A stretch of DNA of 64,000 nucleotides, taken from Dehalococcoidia bacterium (GTDB lineage: Bacteria; Chloroflexota; Dehalococcoidia; SM23-28-2; RBG-16-64-32). A program made the translations under genes and the position numbers. The notes beneath the pieces are model-generated. The model ran no database searches. It had not been told where the DNA came from and saw nothing but the letters and a program-made list of their open reading frames with translations. Below are positions 36,014-45,062 of the stretch, piece by piece. The stretch lies in contig DAOUBD010000012.1 in NCBI GenBank assembly GCA_034432935.1, forward strand, positions 17,344-81,343, read 5' to 3'. Positions within the stretch are counted from its first letter, which is position 1, and each line of letters opens with the position of its first letter.

Positions 36014-37224
36014 CACGCCGGGTCCGGAGCCAAGACAACGCCTTCCCGCGCTAAGGACGTAATATCGGCGTGAGAGAACCCCAGCTCCAACAACACCTCT
36101 CTGGTGTGCTGCCCCAGGACGGGGGGAGGCCGACGCACACTGCCTGGCGTGCGGTCCAGCCGCAGGGGCACGCCCGTGACCTTGAGAGGGCCAAGGGTGG
36201 GGTGAGGCACTTCGACGACCATGCGGTTGTGCAGCACTTGCGGGTCCCGTACCACCTCCGGAATCGTATTGACTGGGGCAGCCATGGCATCGGCGTCCAC
36301 CAGTCTCCGCAGTAACTCATCCCTGGTTTCAGTCCTGCAGCGCGCCGCCAGCAAGCTGTCCAGGGCGTCTTCGTTGGCCAGGCGAGATTCCGATGTGAGA
36401 AAGCGCGGGTCTTGTGCCCAGGCAGGGTTGAGGGCCTGGCAGAGGTTGCGCCAGAACTTCTCTGTCGGGCACGTTATGAAGACCAGTCCCCCGTCACGGC
36501 ATTCGTATATCCCCGATGGGGCGAAGTAAGGGCTGCGGTTCCCTGTGCGAGGAACGACCCAGCCCGAGATGAAGTAATTCCCCAAGGCGTTGCCTAGGGC
36601 GTGGACCAGCGCATCGACTAGCGCTACCTCCACCCGTTGGCCTAGGCCGCTGCGGAACCGCTCGTACAGGGCGCTAACCACGCCGTTGGCAGCGAGAAGA
36701 GACGACATAACGTCAGCGATGGGCATGTTCAGCCGTGTGGGCGGCTGTCCTGCCGTGCCGTTCAGCATGGGTACGCCGCACAGCGCCTGGGCAAGGGCGT
36801 CGACGCCCGGCCGCCCAGCGTATGGGCCATCAGCGCCGAAGGCGGAGACGCTGACCCAGATGATGTCTGGCCTGCAGGCGCGCACTTGGTCGTAGCTCAA
36901 CCCCAACTGGCTCAGCGCGGGCTCCCTCATGTTTGTGATGAGGACGTCGGCGGTGGAAACGAGTCGAACGAAGACCTCGCGGCCCCTGGCGGATGCTAGG
37001 TCCAAGCAAATGCCCCGCTTGTTCCGGTTGACGCCTATGAATGAGCCGGTCTCTCCGTTGCGCTCCTGGCCCAGCCGGCGCATATCGTCGCCTGCGGGCG
37101 ACTCGACCTTTATCACATCGGCGCCCAGATCGCCTAGGAGAGTCGCAGCATATGGCCCCGCGATCATAGTCGAGCAGTCCAGCACCCGTACGTCGCGGAG
37201 GGGCCCGGCATTTCCGGTATTCAC
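36013..37224 (-). CDS. CaiB/BaiF CoA-transferase (paralog of 49699-50925)
   Basis: GPLRDVRV, NRNKRG, PIADVMSS. Confidence 0.92.
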   Translation of the reverse strand: MNTGNAGPLRDVRVLDCSTMIAGPYAATLLGDLGADVIKVESPAGDDMRRLGQERNGETGSFIGVNRNKRGICLDLASARGREVFVRLVSTADVLITNMREPALSQLGLSYDQVRACRPDIIWVSVSAFGADGPYAGRPGVDALAQALCGVPMLNGTAGQPPTRLNMPIADVMSSLLAANGVVSALYERFRSGLGQRVEVALVDALVHALGNALGNYFISGWVVPRTGNRSPYFAPSGIYECRDGGLVFITCPTEKFWRNLCQALNPAWAQDPRFLTSESRLANEDALDSLLAARCRTETRDELLRRLVDADAMAAPVNTIPEVVRDPQVLHNRMVVEVPHPTLGPLKVTGVPLRLDRTPGSVRRPPPVLGQHTREVLLELGFSHADITSLAREGVVLAPDPA

Positions 37225-37228
37225 TCGC

Positions 37229-39649
37229 CTAGGACGCCCCCTGCGCCGGGTGGATCAGGTTCCACAGCCGGTTGGGCGAGGCGGGGACCTCGGTGGCCCG
37301 GACGCCCAGGGGAGCCAAGGCGTCGTTGATGGCGGCCATGATCGCCGCCGGCGCCGTGTTCATAGCCCCCTCACCCATGCCCTTAGTCCCCAGCGGCGTG
37401 AGCGGCGACGGAGTGACGATCACTGCTTTCTGCGTCATTGGCACCTCATGGATGGTGGGGATCAGGTAGTCCATGAAGGTCGATGTTAGTATCTGGCCAT
37501 CCTCGTCATATACGTACTCTTCGAGAAGCGTGGCGCCCACGCCTTGTGCTATGCCACCCTGAGTCATGCCCTCCACCACCGCCGGATTCAGGCGGGTGCC
37601 GCAATCATCGGCCACGTAGTACTTCAAGATGTCCACCTTGCCGGTGTCGGGGTCGATCTCCACCATCACCAGATGGCAGGCGTTGGCAGCGGTGAGGTAG
37701 CTCTTGGCACGCCCCTCCTCGTCCGGCATGTCGCGGTCAGGCGCCGTCCAGACGTAGGTGGCCTCGACCGATGGCTCCGTGCCGGGCGGCACGAGGTCGC
37801 TGCGGAAGAGTATGGTCCCCACAACGTCCCGAAGGGGCATCTGGTACTCGAGGTTGTTCTTCATACGCAGGACGCCGTCCATAAGTTCGACGTTGTCCTC
37901 CGTGGTCCTCAGGAGGAAGGCGGCGACCCGCACGAGCTTCTGGCGGATGATGTCCGCGGCCCCCAGCACTGCGCCGCTGAGGGCGACGGCCAACCGGCTG
38001 CCTCCCGGCCCGTAGTGCGGCGGCGCCGAGAGGGTGTCCTGGCAAACCACCTGCACGTCTTCCGGCCGAACCCCAAAGTAGTCTGCCAATATCTGGGCTA
38101 CGAAGGTATACTGCCCCTGACCTTCCAGGGCGAAGCCCACCCGCGCCACTATCTTCCCGAAGGCGTCAATGCTGACGGTGACGCCCTCCGGCAGGGCGGT
38201 GCCTCCCTGTTGACCGATGATATTGTATACGTTGTTGTTGAATACGCCCGGCTCTATGCTGTTGACGATGCCGATGCCCACCAGGCGGCCCTGCTTTCGT
38301 GCCTCGGCCTGCTCCTGACGCAGCCGCTGGTAGTCCGACATCTCCAGCACCTTGTTCAGGGCGGCCTCATAGTTCCCGCTATCGTACTCGTTACCGCTAG
38401 GGATCCTGTACGGGAACTTGTCGGGCGGTATGTAGTTCCGGCGCCGGAATTCGGCGGGGTCAAGGCCCAGTCCGCGGGCGGCTATGTCCATCATCTGCTC
38501 CAGGACAAAGTTGTGGGGCGGGGGACCCATCCCGCGGTACGGACTGGCCGGAGCCTTGTTGGTGCAGACGATGGTCAGATCGTAGGAGGCGCAGGGAATG
38601 GTGTAGCTGCCGGTGAAGGCGGCTAACGGCTTGGCCGCTCCGATGGCAGCGTAGCCCTCGGCTGTAGCGCCGATGTCGTCGACCAGCTTGACCTTGAAGC
38701 CGGTAACAATCCCCTCCGCGTTCACCGCCAGGGACGCCTCGTAGTGGCGGTCCCAAGCCTGGCTTCCGCCTGCTATGAGGTACTCCATCCGGTCCTCGAT
38801 CCACTTCACCGGCCGTCCGCCGGCCTTCCGTGAGAGAAGGGCCGCGATCTGTGTGCCACGCCCGCCGCCCTTGCCGCCGAAGCTGCCGCCATGGGGATGC
38901 GGGATTACCCGTACCTTGTTGGGGGCCAGGCCCAGCCCTATGGCCGCACCCAGGGCCATCAGCGATGGCGCTTGGAACGTGCCCCGGAGGGTGAGGCCTT
39001 CCTCCACGGGGTCCCATTGGGCGATAACTCCAAAAGTCTCCATCGGGTTGGCCCCCACCCTATGCCAGCGGAACTTCTCGGTGAAGACGTGGGCCGCTTC
39101 AGCGAAGGCCTTCTCCGTGTCCCCCCAATTGAAGACCCGGTGCAACATGACGTTGGTGCCGTTTTCCTCGAAGATGAGAGGGGCGCCTGGCTCCAGCGCC
39201 TTGAACGCGTCCATCACAACGGGCAGGGGCTCATACTCCACCCGTATGTGCTCCAGGGCATCCTCGGCGATGTACCTGCTGGTTGCCGCCACAGCGGCCA
39301 CTGGCTCGCCCACGAACCGCACCTTCTCTTCCGCCAGGCAGCGTGTGCCCCAGCCGGGCGGCGCCGTGCCGATGGGGCGAGCCCATCGCTTGGCGTCTTC
39401 GCCGGTAACTATGGCCACGACGCCGGGCAGGCGCGCGGCCTCCGCGATATCTATGCTGTTGATCCGCGCGTGGGCGTGGGGGCTGCGCAGGATGGCGCAG
39501 TGCAGCATCCCCGGCATCTGCACGTTATCGATGAACTCGGTGCGCCCCGTCAGAAGACTCGGGTCTTCCACCCGCTTCACCGGCTGGCCCACGTACCGCG
39601 GCTGGCTGGTGGGCAGCTCTTGCAGAGATCTCGGGATATTGATTGTCAC
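37229..39649 (-). CDS. Xanthine-oxidase-family molybdopterin-binding large subunit (not CO dehydrogenase)
   Basis: YVGQPVKRVEDP, RSPHAHARI, GGSFGGK, GTKGMGE (catalytic Glu). Active-site loop is PYRGMGPPP. GTG 39649 overlaps the upstream TGA. Confidence 0.92.
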   Translation of the reverse strand: MTINIPRSLQELPTSQPRYVGQPVKRVEDPSLLTGRTEFIDNVQMPGMLHCAILRSPHAHARINSIDIAEAARLPGVVAIVTGEDAKRWARPIGTAPPGWGTRCLAEEKVRFVGEPVAAVAATSRYIAEDALEHIRVEYEPLPVVMDAFKALEPGAPLIFEENGTNVMLHRVFNWGDTEKAFAEAAHVFTEKFRWHRVGANPMETFGVIAQWDPVEEGLTLRGTFQAPSLMALGAAIGLGLAPNKVRVIPHPHGGSFGGKGGGRGTQIAALLSRKAGGRPVKWIEDRMEYLIAGGSQAWDRHYEASLAVNAEGIVTGFKVKLVDDIGATAEGYAAIGAAKPLAAFTGSYTIPCASYDLTIVCTNKAPASPYRGMGPPPHNFVLEQMMDIAARGLGLDPAEFRRRNYIPPDKFPYRIPSGNEYDSGNYEAALNKVLEMSDYQRLRQEQAEARKQGRLVGIGIVNSIEPGVFNNNVYNIIGQQGGTALPEGVTVSIDAFGKIVARVGFALEGQGQYTFVAQILADYFGVRPEDVQVVCQDTLSAPPHYGPGGSRLAVALSGAVLGAADIIRQKLVRVAAFLLRTTEDNVELMDGVLRMKNNLEYQMPLRDVVGTILFRSDLVPPGTEPSVEATYVWTAPDRDMPDEEGRAKSYLTAANACHLVMVEIDPDTGKVDILKYYVADDCGTRLNPAVVEGMTQGGIAQGVGATLLEEYVYDEDGQILTSTFMDYLIPTIHEVPMTQKAVIVTPSPLTPLGTKGMGEGAMNTAPAAIMAAINDALAPLGVRATEVPASPNRLWNLIHPAQGAS

Positions 39650-40149
39650 GACGCCTCTCCTCCGGCCCGCGCCGAGCCCTGCATTTTGGCGGCCGCCAGG
39701 CGCACCGACTCCATGATGTCCTGGTAGCCAGTACAACGGCAAAGGTTGCCCCCTAGCATTTCGCGAATGTCATCGTCCGAGGGCCGAGGGTTCTCGTCCA
39801 AAAGCTCCACCACCGACATGATGAAGCCCGGTGTGCAGAACCCGCACTGAAGCCCATGGGCCTCCATGAAGGCCTCCTGGATCGGGTGTAGATGGCCGTC
39901 CGAGCTCAGTCCTTCCACCGTCATCACCTCTGCGCCGTCCGCCTGAACGGCCAGCATGATGCAGGAGCGCACCGCCCTGCCGTTCAGGATGACGGTGCAA
40001 GCACCGCAGACCCCGTGTTCGCAGCCAACGTGCACACCCCCAAGGCCGAGCTCGCTCCGCAGGAAGTCCGCCAGCGTGGTCCTCGGTTCCACGGACGCCT
40101 CGTGTGTGACGCCGTTCACGGTTAGCCGTATCTTTTGCGGTTCTACCAT
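39646..40149 (-). CDS. (2Fe-2S) small subunit (CoxS/CutS-like)
   Basis: GCEHGVCGACT, LQCGFCTPG, GNLCRCTGY. Confidence 0.95.
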   Translation of the reverse strand: MVEPQKIRLTVNGVTHEASVEPRTTLADFLRSELGLGGVHVGCEHGVCGACTVILNGRAVRSCIMLAVQADGAEVMTVEGLSSDGHLHPIQEAFMEAHGLQCGFCTPGFIMSVVELLDENPRPSDDDIREMLGGNLCRCTGYQDIMESVRLAAAKMQGSARAGGEAS

Positions 40150-40154
40150 TGCTC

Positions 40155-41039
40155 TCAGCCTCCGCTGGCCTGTGTTGCCCGCTGCGCCGCATCGGCCAGG
40201 GCCCGGCCAGCCATGGTCTTCGCTAGGTGGCGCCTGAAGGCCGCAGAGGCGTGGATATCTGAGATCGGCTCCTCGATCTCTCTTCCTACTTCCTCGGCGG
40301 CCGCTGCCAGGGCCTCTGGGCTGGGCTGCTGCCCCTTCAGCAGGGTCTCCGCTCTGGCGGCTCGGACCGGCGTCGGCCCGGCGCCGAAGATTACGAGCCG
40401 TGCGTCACTGCATCTGCCCCCTGGATCCAAGGTTAGGGCTGCAGCGGCGCCCGCCAGGGCGAAGTCGCCGTGCCGGCGGGATACCTCCCGGAACCCCCAT
40501 CCTGTCCGGGGCGGCAGGACTGGGAAACGTACTTCCGTCAGAATCTCGTCCGGCTCCAGGGCGGTCGTCAGGTAGGTTACGAAGAAGTCGGAGGCTTCGA
40601 TTAAGCGCTGCCCTTCATTGCTGACAGCGGTCATCTCTGCTCCCAGGGCTACGCAGACCGCTGGGAGCTCCGCCGCCGGGTCGGCGTGGGCGATGGAGCC
40701 GCACACCGTCCCGCGGTTCCTGATTTGCGGGTGTGCGATGAAGCGTACGGCTTCGGCCAGAAGTGGCTGGAGACGGCGCACGTCGGCAGATCGCTCCACC
40801 GCCCTGTGGCGCGCGCCTGCTCCGATGGCTATGCTACCGTTCTCGGGCCGTATGTAATCCAGCTCGCTGATGCGGTTGATGTCCACCAGGGCGGCCGGGC
40901 GAGCTAAACGCATGTTCAGAAGTGGCAGTAAGCTCTGGCCTCCAGCGAGTACTTTGGCCTCGCCTCCGTACTTCTCGAGGATCTCCGCCGCTTCTCGCAA
41001 TGAGGTAGGGGCGAAGAACTCGAAGGGCGGCGGTTTCAC
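40155..41039 (-). CDS. FAD-binding medium subunit (CoxM/CutM-like)
   Basis: MKPPPFEF, LAGGQSLLPLLNMRLARP, IRNRGTVCGS, DIHASAAFR. Confidence 0.95.
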   Translation of the reverse strand: MKPPPFEFFAPTSLREAAEILEKYGGEAKVLAGGQSLLPLLNMRLARPAALVDINRISELDYIRPENGSIAIGAGARHRAVERSADVRRLQPLLAEAVRFIAHPQIRNRGTVCGSIAHADPAAELPAVCVALGAEMTAVSNEGQRLIEASDFFVTYLTTALEPDEILTEVRFPVLPPRTGWGFREVSRRHGDFALAGAAAALTLDPGGRCSDARLVIFGAGPTPVRAARAETLLKGQQPSPEALAAAAEEVGREIEEPISDIHASAAFRRHLAKTMAGRALADAAQRATQASGG

Positions 41040-41209
41040 GGACGCACCTCCAACACCGTACCCGACACTATTGACCTTCTGATGTTCCTGTTCGCAGATA
41101 CCCTAGGTTATAGTCCAGTATGCGCCACCGGCGTGGCTAGGAGAACGGCCCGCCAGCCCCGCATGTCCGCGGCTCGGATCTGCCGGCTGTAGTCGCGGCA
41201 GAGAGCTAC

Positions 41210-41243
41210 CGGGGAAGGCGCCCTGCGCAGGGTGCCTTCCCCG
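41210..41243 (-). terminator. GC-rich hairpin 35 nt downstream of the substrate-binding-protein stop (terminator or mRNA-stabilising stem)
   Basis: CGGGGAAGGCGCCCTG-cg-CAGGGTGCCTTCCCCG, near-perfect inverted repeat with one G-T. No U-tract. Confidence 0.55.
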
Positions 41244-41277
41244 TCTGTCTCTTCTTCCCAGACAAGGCTCAGCAACA

Positions 41278-42741
41278 TCATTCCTTCCAGGGGCAGGTAG
41301 TGGGTTTGCACTCAATCCCCGGGAAGTTGCCGCGCAGCCCCTTCCCTTCACTGGTCTCGGTGTTCACCACACCGAGCTGCTTCCACTTGCCATCGGCCTG
41401 GACCCACTGGACAGTGGCCCAGTGCTCGTTGACCCAGTGGTCTTGGGGGCTCAGGATCGTGGGTCCAAGGCACATGTTACAGGTCCAGTCGCCCGTAAAG
41501 CCTGTGTTCAGCGCCTCTAGGAGACCTTCCCGCGTCAGGTCAGGCCCCGCCAGCTCCAGCGCTCTCACCAGGTGCTCCAGCGCGTTGACGGCGATGGTAG
41601 TGGCGACTGGGAAGTAGGTAGTGTTGGTCTCCTTGCCGAAGGCAGCGAGCTTGGCCCAGATGGGCTTGGTTGTGTTGTAGTATGGGTCGTCCTGGTAACG
41701 CACGGTCAGCACGCCATCCAGGGCGGTGTCGGTCTTGGGGTCGCCCGTAGGCAGCGCTCCCCATCCCGCAAGGGGGATGTTGCTACCGAAGTTCTCCCGG
41801 AGGGCCTTGATCAGCGAATACTCTTGGGTGGCTGCACCGTGATAGATCACGAAGTCTGCGCCGGAATTCACGACCTGCTGCGCCTGGGAGGTTAGATCCG
41901 TTTGGGTCGAATCGTGGGAGAAGATGCCGGCGATCTCCATGCCTAGTTTCTCAGCCTCGTACTTGATGCCCTGAAGGCCGGCCTGACTAGCCGGGAAGTC
42001 CAGATAGACCACGGCGATCTTCGCCTTCGGGTTCACCTTGGCTACAGCATCTACCAGTCCCGCGCCGGACAGAATGTCCGAGGCCTGGCCGTTGAACTCA
42101 TACGGGGACGTCTCGGGCTCCTGGCCCACATTGGAGCCATCGAGGTAGAAGAGGTTAGGGACCTTCTTCTGGACCAGGTAGTCGTGCACCGCATTGTGGG
42201 TTGGCGAGCCGATGTTGTAGAAAAGGGCGAACACCTTATCGCTTTCAACCAGCTCCTTCGTGGCCTGCACGCCTTCAGGACCTCCGGAGGCGTCATCCTT
42301 TATGAGGAGCTTGATCTTGCGTCCGTGGATCCCGCCTGCCTCGTTGATGCGGTCAATCATGGCCTGGAGGTATGGCCCCCAGACGACCTCGTAACTGGCC
42401 AGGAAGCCGGTCAGCGGGGCTGTGCGGCCTATCAGGATCTCCGTGTCCGTCACGCCGGTTCGGTCCTCGCTGGCGGGACGGGTTTTCCACATGGCCAGGC
42501 CGTCGTCCAACTGGAAGAGCCCCTCGAGCCCTCTGGCGTCACGGGGTTTGCTGGGGATGCCAGCGTCACCGGGCTTGGCGACCTTCGGGCTGGGGCTTGC
42601 GGCCGTTGTGGCCGCCCCGGTCGTGGCCGCTGGTGTTGGACTAGCCTTTTCTTCACCGCCGCCACAGGCCGCGGCGATCATTCCCGCTAAAGCCAAGAGG
42701 GTTACCAGCGCGGCCATCCGCCATATCGCTTGCCTCCGCAT
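41278..42741 (-). CDS. ABC transporter substrate-binding lipoprotein (LivJ/K-type)
   Basis: Lipobox IAAAC, Pro/Thr/Ala linker, INEAGGIHGRKIKL..DD. Confidence 0.88.
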   Translation of the reverse strand: MRRQAIWRMAALVTLLALAGMIAAACGGGEEKASPTPAATTGAATTAASPSPKVAKPGDAGIPSKPRDARGLEGLFQLDDGLAMWKTRPASEDRTGVTDTEILIGRTAPLTGFLASYEVVWGPYLQAMIDRINEAGGIHGRKIKLLIKDDASGGPEGVQATKELVESDKVFALFYNIGSPTHNAVHDYLVQKKVPNLFYLDGSNVGQEPETSPYEFNGQASDILSGAGLVDAVAKVNPKAKIAVVYLDFPASQAGLQGIKYEAEKLGMEIAGIFSHDSTQTDLTSQAQQVVNSGADFVIYHGAATQEYSLIKALRENFGSNIPLAGWGALPTGDPKTDTALDGVLTVRYQDDPYYNTTKPIWAKLAAFGKETNTTYFPVATTIAVNALEHLVRALELAGPDLTREGLLEALNTGFTGDWTCNMCLGPTILSPQDHWVNEHWATVQWVQADGKWKQLGVVNTETSEGKGLRGNFPGIECKPTTCPWKE

Positions 42742-42778
42742 GGGTGCGCTCCTTTCGTAACGTTACTTGCTGCTTGAC

Positions 42779-44245
42779 CTACTGTTTCCAGGGGCAGGTA
42801 TCGGGCTTGCACTCGTATCCTGGTATGTTGCCGCGGATGCCCTTGCCCTGGCTGGTCTCGAAACTCACGATGGGCGTAATGGTGTCGTAGGCGCCCTTGG
42901 CGTTGTTCCAGCGCACGGCCTGGGCTGCCTCGAAGCTCCAGTGGTCTTGGGGGCCCAAGATGGTAGGGGCGATGCAGACCGAGCAGGTCCACGATCCGTC
43001 AAAGCCGGTTTCGATGGCTTGGATCAGCCCCTCTCTAGTGAGGTCCGGCCCTGCCAGCTCCAGCGCTCTCACCAGGTGCTCGAACTCCCGAAGGACCAGG
43101 AGGCTGAGGGTCTCGTTGTAAGGAATTCCTTCTTCCTTGGCGAAGGTCTGAAGCTTCTGCCACACGGGGTCATTGGGGTCGCTATATGGGCTCTTGGTGT
43201 TACGGGTGTTCTCCACGCCATCCAGCGCCTGATTGACCTGGGGGTTGGGCAGCGCGCCGCGCTGGTACAAGGGGACGGTGCTGCCGAAGGTCTGCCGCAT
43301 GGCGGTGATCGTGCCCAGGGCTGTCGTGAAGCTACCGTAGAATGTGATGGCGTCCGGCTTGGCGTCTAACGCCTGCTGGACATACGATGTCATATCGCTG
43401 GCGGTAACATCGAAGGGTACGTCGGCCACCAGTTGGCCTCCTCCCTTCTCCAGGGACGGCTTGAATCCCTCCATAAAGGGCTGGCCCAAAGCGTCGTTCT
43501 GGTAGATGGCCGCCACCTTCGCCCCAGGATGCTCCGCGAGGATCGCCTGGGCCTGCATGACGCCTTCCAGGATGTCCGGGAAGAGGCCCGGAAACTCGGT
43601 CGGGGTAGTCTCCGGCTCGGCCCATTTCACGTTCCCATCAAAGGTCCAGAGCTCTGGGACCTTCTTGGAGATGACGTACTCCCCTATGGCCTGATGGGGG
43701 GCGTTACCAACCCCGAAGAAGAGGGCGAATACCTTGTCCTTCTCCACCAGCTCCTGGACCACCTGGACCGTCACCGCAGGGTTGTACTGGTCGTCCCGCG
43801 TGACGACCTCTAGCTTGCGACCGTGGATGCCGCCCGCCTCGTTGATGCGCTTTACCAGCGCCTGAATGGTCGGTCCCCATACCGCTTCGTACGTGGCGAT
43901 AGCGGGGTTGCTAGCCCCCGCGTATCGCCCCAACAGGATCTTGTCCTGGGTGACCCCGGTGCGGTCTTCGCTGGCGGGTCGTTCCTTGAAGATGGCTAGG
44001 CCGTCATCGAGGGTCAAAATACCTTCGAGTCCAGCCACCGGTCGGGGGTTGCTGGGGATGCCGGCGGCTCCGGGGCCCTTCGGCGAGGGGCTGGCTGCCG
44101 CAGTGATGACTGGGCTTGCCTTGGATGGCGTGGACGTTGCCTTTTCTTCATCATCGCCGCCGCAGCCACCGGCTACGCCAGCCGCCGCGGCCAACACGAT
44201 GAAAAAATACATTATGCCGCGTATGCGCGTCAGGATGAACCTCAT
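42779..44245 (-). CDS. ABC transporter substrate-binding lipoprotein, tandem paralog
   Basis: Lipobox VAGGC, INEAGGIHGRKLEV..RDDQY. Confidence 0.88.
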   Translation of the reverse strand: MRFILTRIRGIMYFFIVLAAAAGVAGGCGGDDEEKATSTPSKASPVITAAASPSPKGPGAAGIPSNPRPVAGLEGILTLDDGLAIFKERPASEDRTGVTQDKILLGRYAGASNPAIATYEAVWGPTIQALVKRINEAGGIHGRKLEVVTRDDQYNPAVTVQVVQELVEKDKVFALFFGVGNAPHQAIGEYVISKKVPELWTFDGNVKWAEPETTPTEFPGLFPDILEGVMQAQAILAEHPGAKVAAIYQNDALGQPFMEGFKPSLEKGGGQLVADVPFDVTASDMTSYVQQALDAKPDAITFYGSFTTALGTITAMRQTFGSTVPLYQRGALPNPQVNQALDGVENTRNTKSPYSDPNDPVWQKLQTFAKEEGIPYNETLSLLVLREFEHLVRALELAGPDLTREGLIQAIETGFDGSWTCSVCIAPTILGPQDHWSFEAAQAVRWNNAKGAYDTITPIVSFETSQGKGIRGNIPGYECKPDTCPWKQ

Positions 44246-44392
44246 GGCCTTCTCCTTTGGAAGCCTTCTCCCTGCTTCTGAGCGCGGGTCTCCGCTGCCA
44301 TCAGATGCGATTCATCCTCGGCCCCCCTTTGAGTGCTGGGCTTGACTCGCCATCAACGCCAACCGATCCGGACTGGTAGCGAAGTTTGTCCC

Positions 44393-44461
44393 AGTGTAAG
44401 CGCGTTTTTCCATGGCGTCTGTCGGGCAGTTGCCCCACCACCTGTAGGGATTTACCCGACA
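44393..44461 (-). promoter_or_regulatory. Tandem palindromic operator plus -10 box (site 4 of 7), upstream of the SBP genes
   Basis: Minus strand: TGTCGGG-taaat-CCCTACA / GGTGGGG-caactg-CCCGACA / 21 nt / TACACT. The distal palindrome overlaps the 3' end of the upstream CDS. Confidence 0.75.
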
Positions 44462-45039
44462 TCGGCGCGGGAAGACGGCCGATCCCGACCCCCATCTTTC
44501 CGACCTATCGCCCGCCGTAGGCCCCGAACGAGAGCCCGGAAGGCTTTGCCCATCCAGATGAAAGGTATGAAGAGGACGAACGGCCTCCGCGGAGGCGCCT
44601 CTCCGACGATGGCGATGATGATCTTGGTGACCAGCTCATCGGCGCCGGATTTTATGAACGGCCCGATGAGGTGATTCACCACTGGCCCGATGCTGCCGCC
44701 AAAGTTAAGGGTGGCCTCTCCTCGGATCTCCGTCCGGCTGTCCTCGGCCGCATCGCTCAGCTGAATCGCGCCTGCTCCCGTGATCGGCTCGTTGAGGCCC
44801 CGCACCGTGAACCCTACTCGCTCCCCCTCCACCCATTCGGTAATCGTGATGTGAAACTTCGTCACGCGGGAGATCGGCCCGAGGTCCCCCTTTACGGTCC
44901 AGATGGACTCCCTCTCGTTGATGATCTCGTGGGACTGGTAACCCCGTGTGAAGGGCGCCCAGTTGTTCATATCACGAACGAACTCCCAGACCACTGCCCG
45001 GGGGGCCGCCATAGTCGTCGTATAGTTCACCGTTGGCAT
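44452..45039 (-). CDS. SRPBCC/CoxG-like protein with C-terminal hydrophobic/basic tail
   Basis: VWEFVRDMNNWAP...G...WT. ATG 45039 has GGAGGA upstream; the ORF-track start at 45510 is too long. Confidence 0.8.
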   Translation of the reverse strand: MPTVNYTTTMAAPRAVVWEFVRDMNNWAPFTRGYQSHEIINERESIWTVKGDLGPISRVTKFHITITEWVEGERVGFTVRGLNEPITGAGAIQLSDAAEDSRTEIRGEATLNFGGSIGPVVNHLIGPFIKSGADELVTKIIIAIVGEAPPRRPFVLFIPFIWMGKAFRALVRGLRRAIGRKDGGRDRPSSRADVG

Positions 45040-45062
45040 CGATATCCTCCGCCGCCGGCTGG

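Noticed and set aside
37229-41039. Aerobic CO dehydrogenase (coxMSL)
   Set aside because: The active-site loop is PYRGMGP, not AYxCSFR or AYxGAGR, and no coxDEF genes are present.
41049-41112. Eighth operator site upstream of the Mo-enzyme operon (CCCGACA at 41061-41067)
   Set aside because: Single half-site, oriented away from the operon, with no partner palindrome and no -10 hexamer at 21-22 nt.
41108-41311. 67-aa ORF in the SBP-coxM gap
   Set aside because: Overlaps the SBP 3' end and the hairpin, with no SD and no protein-like motif.
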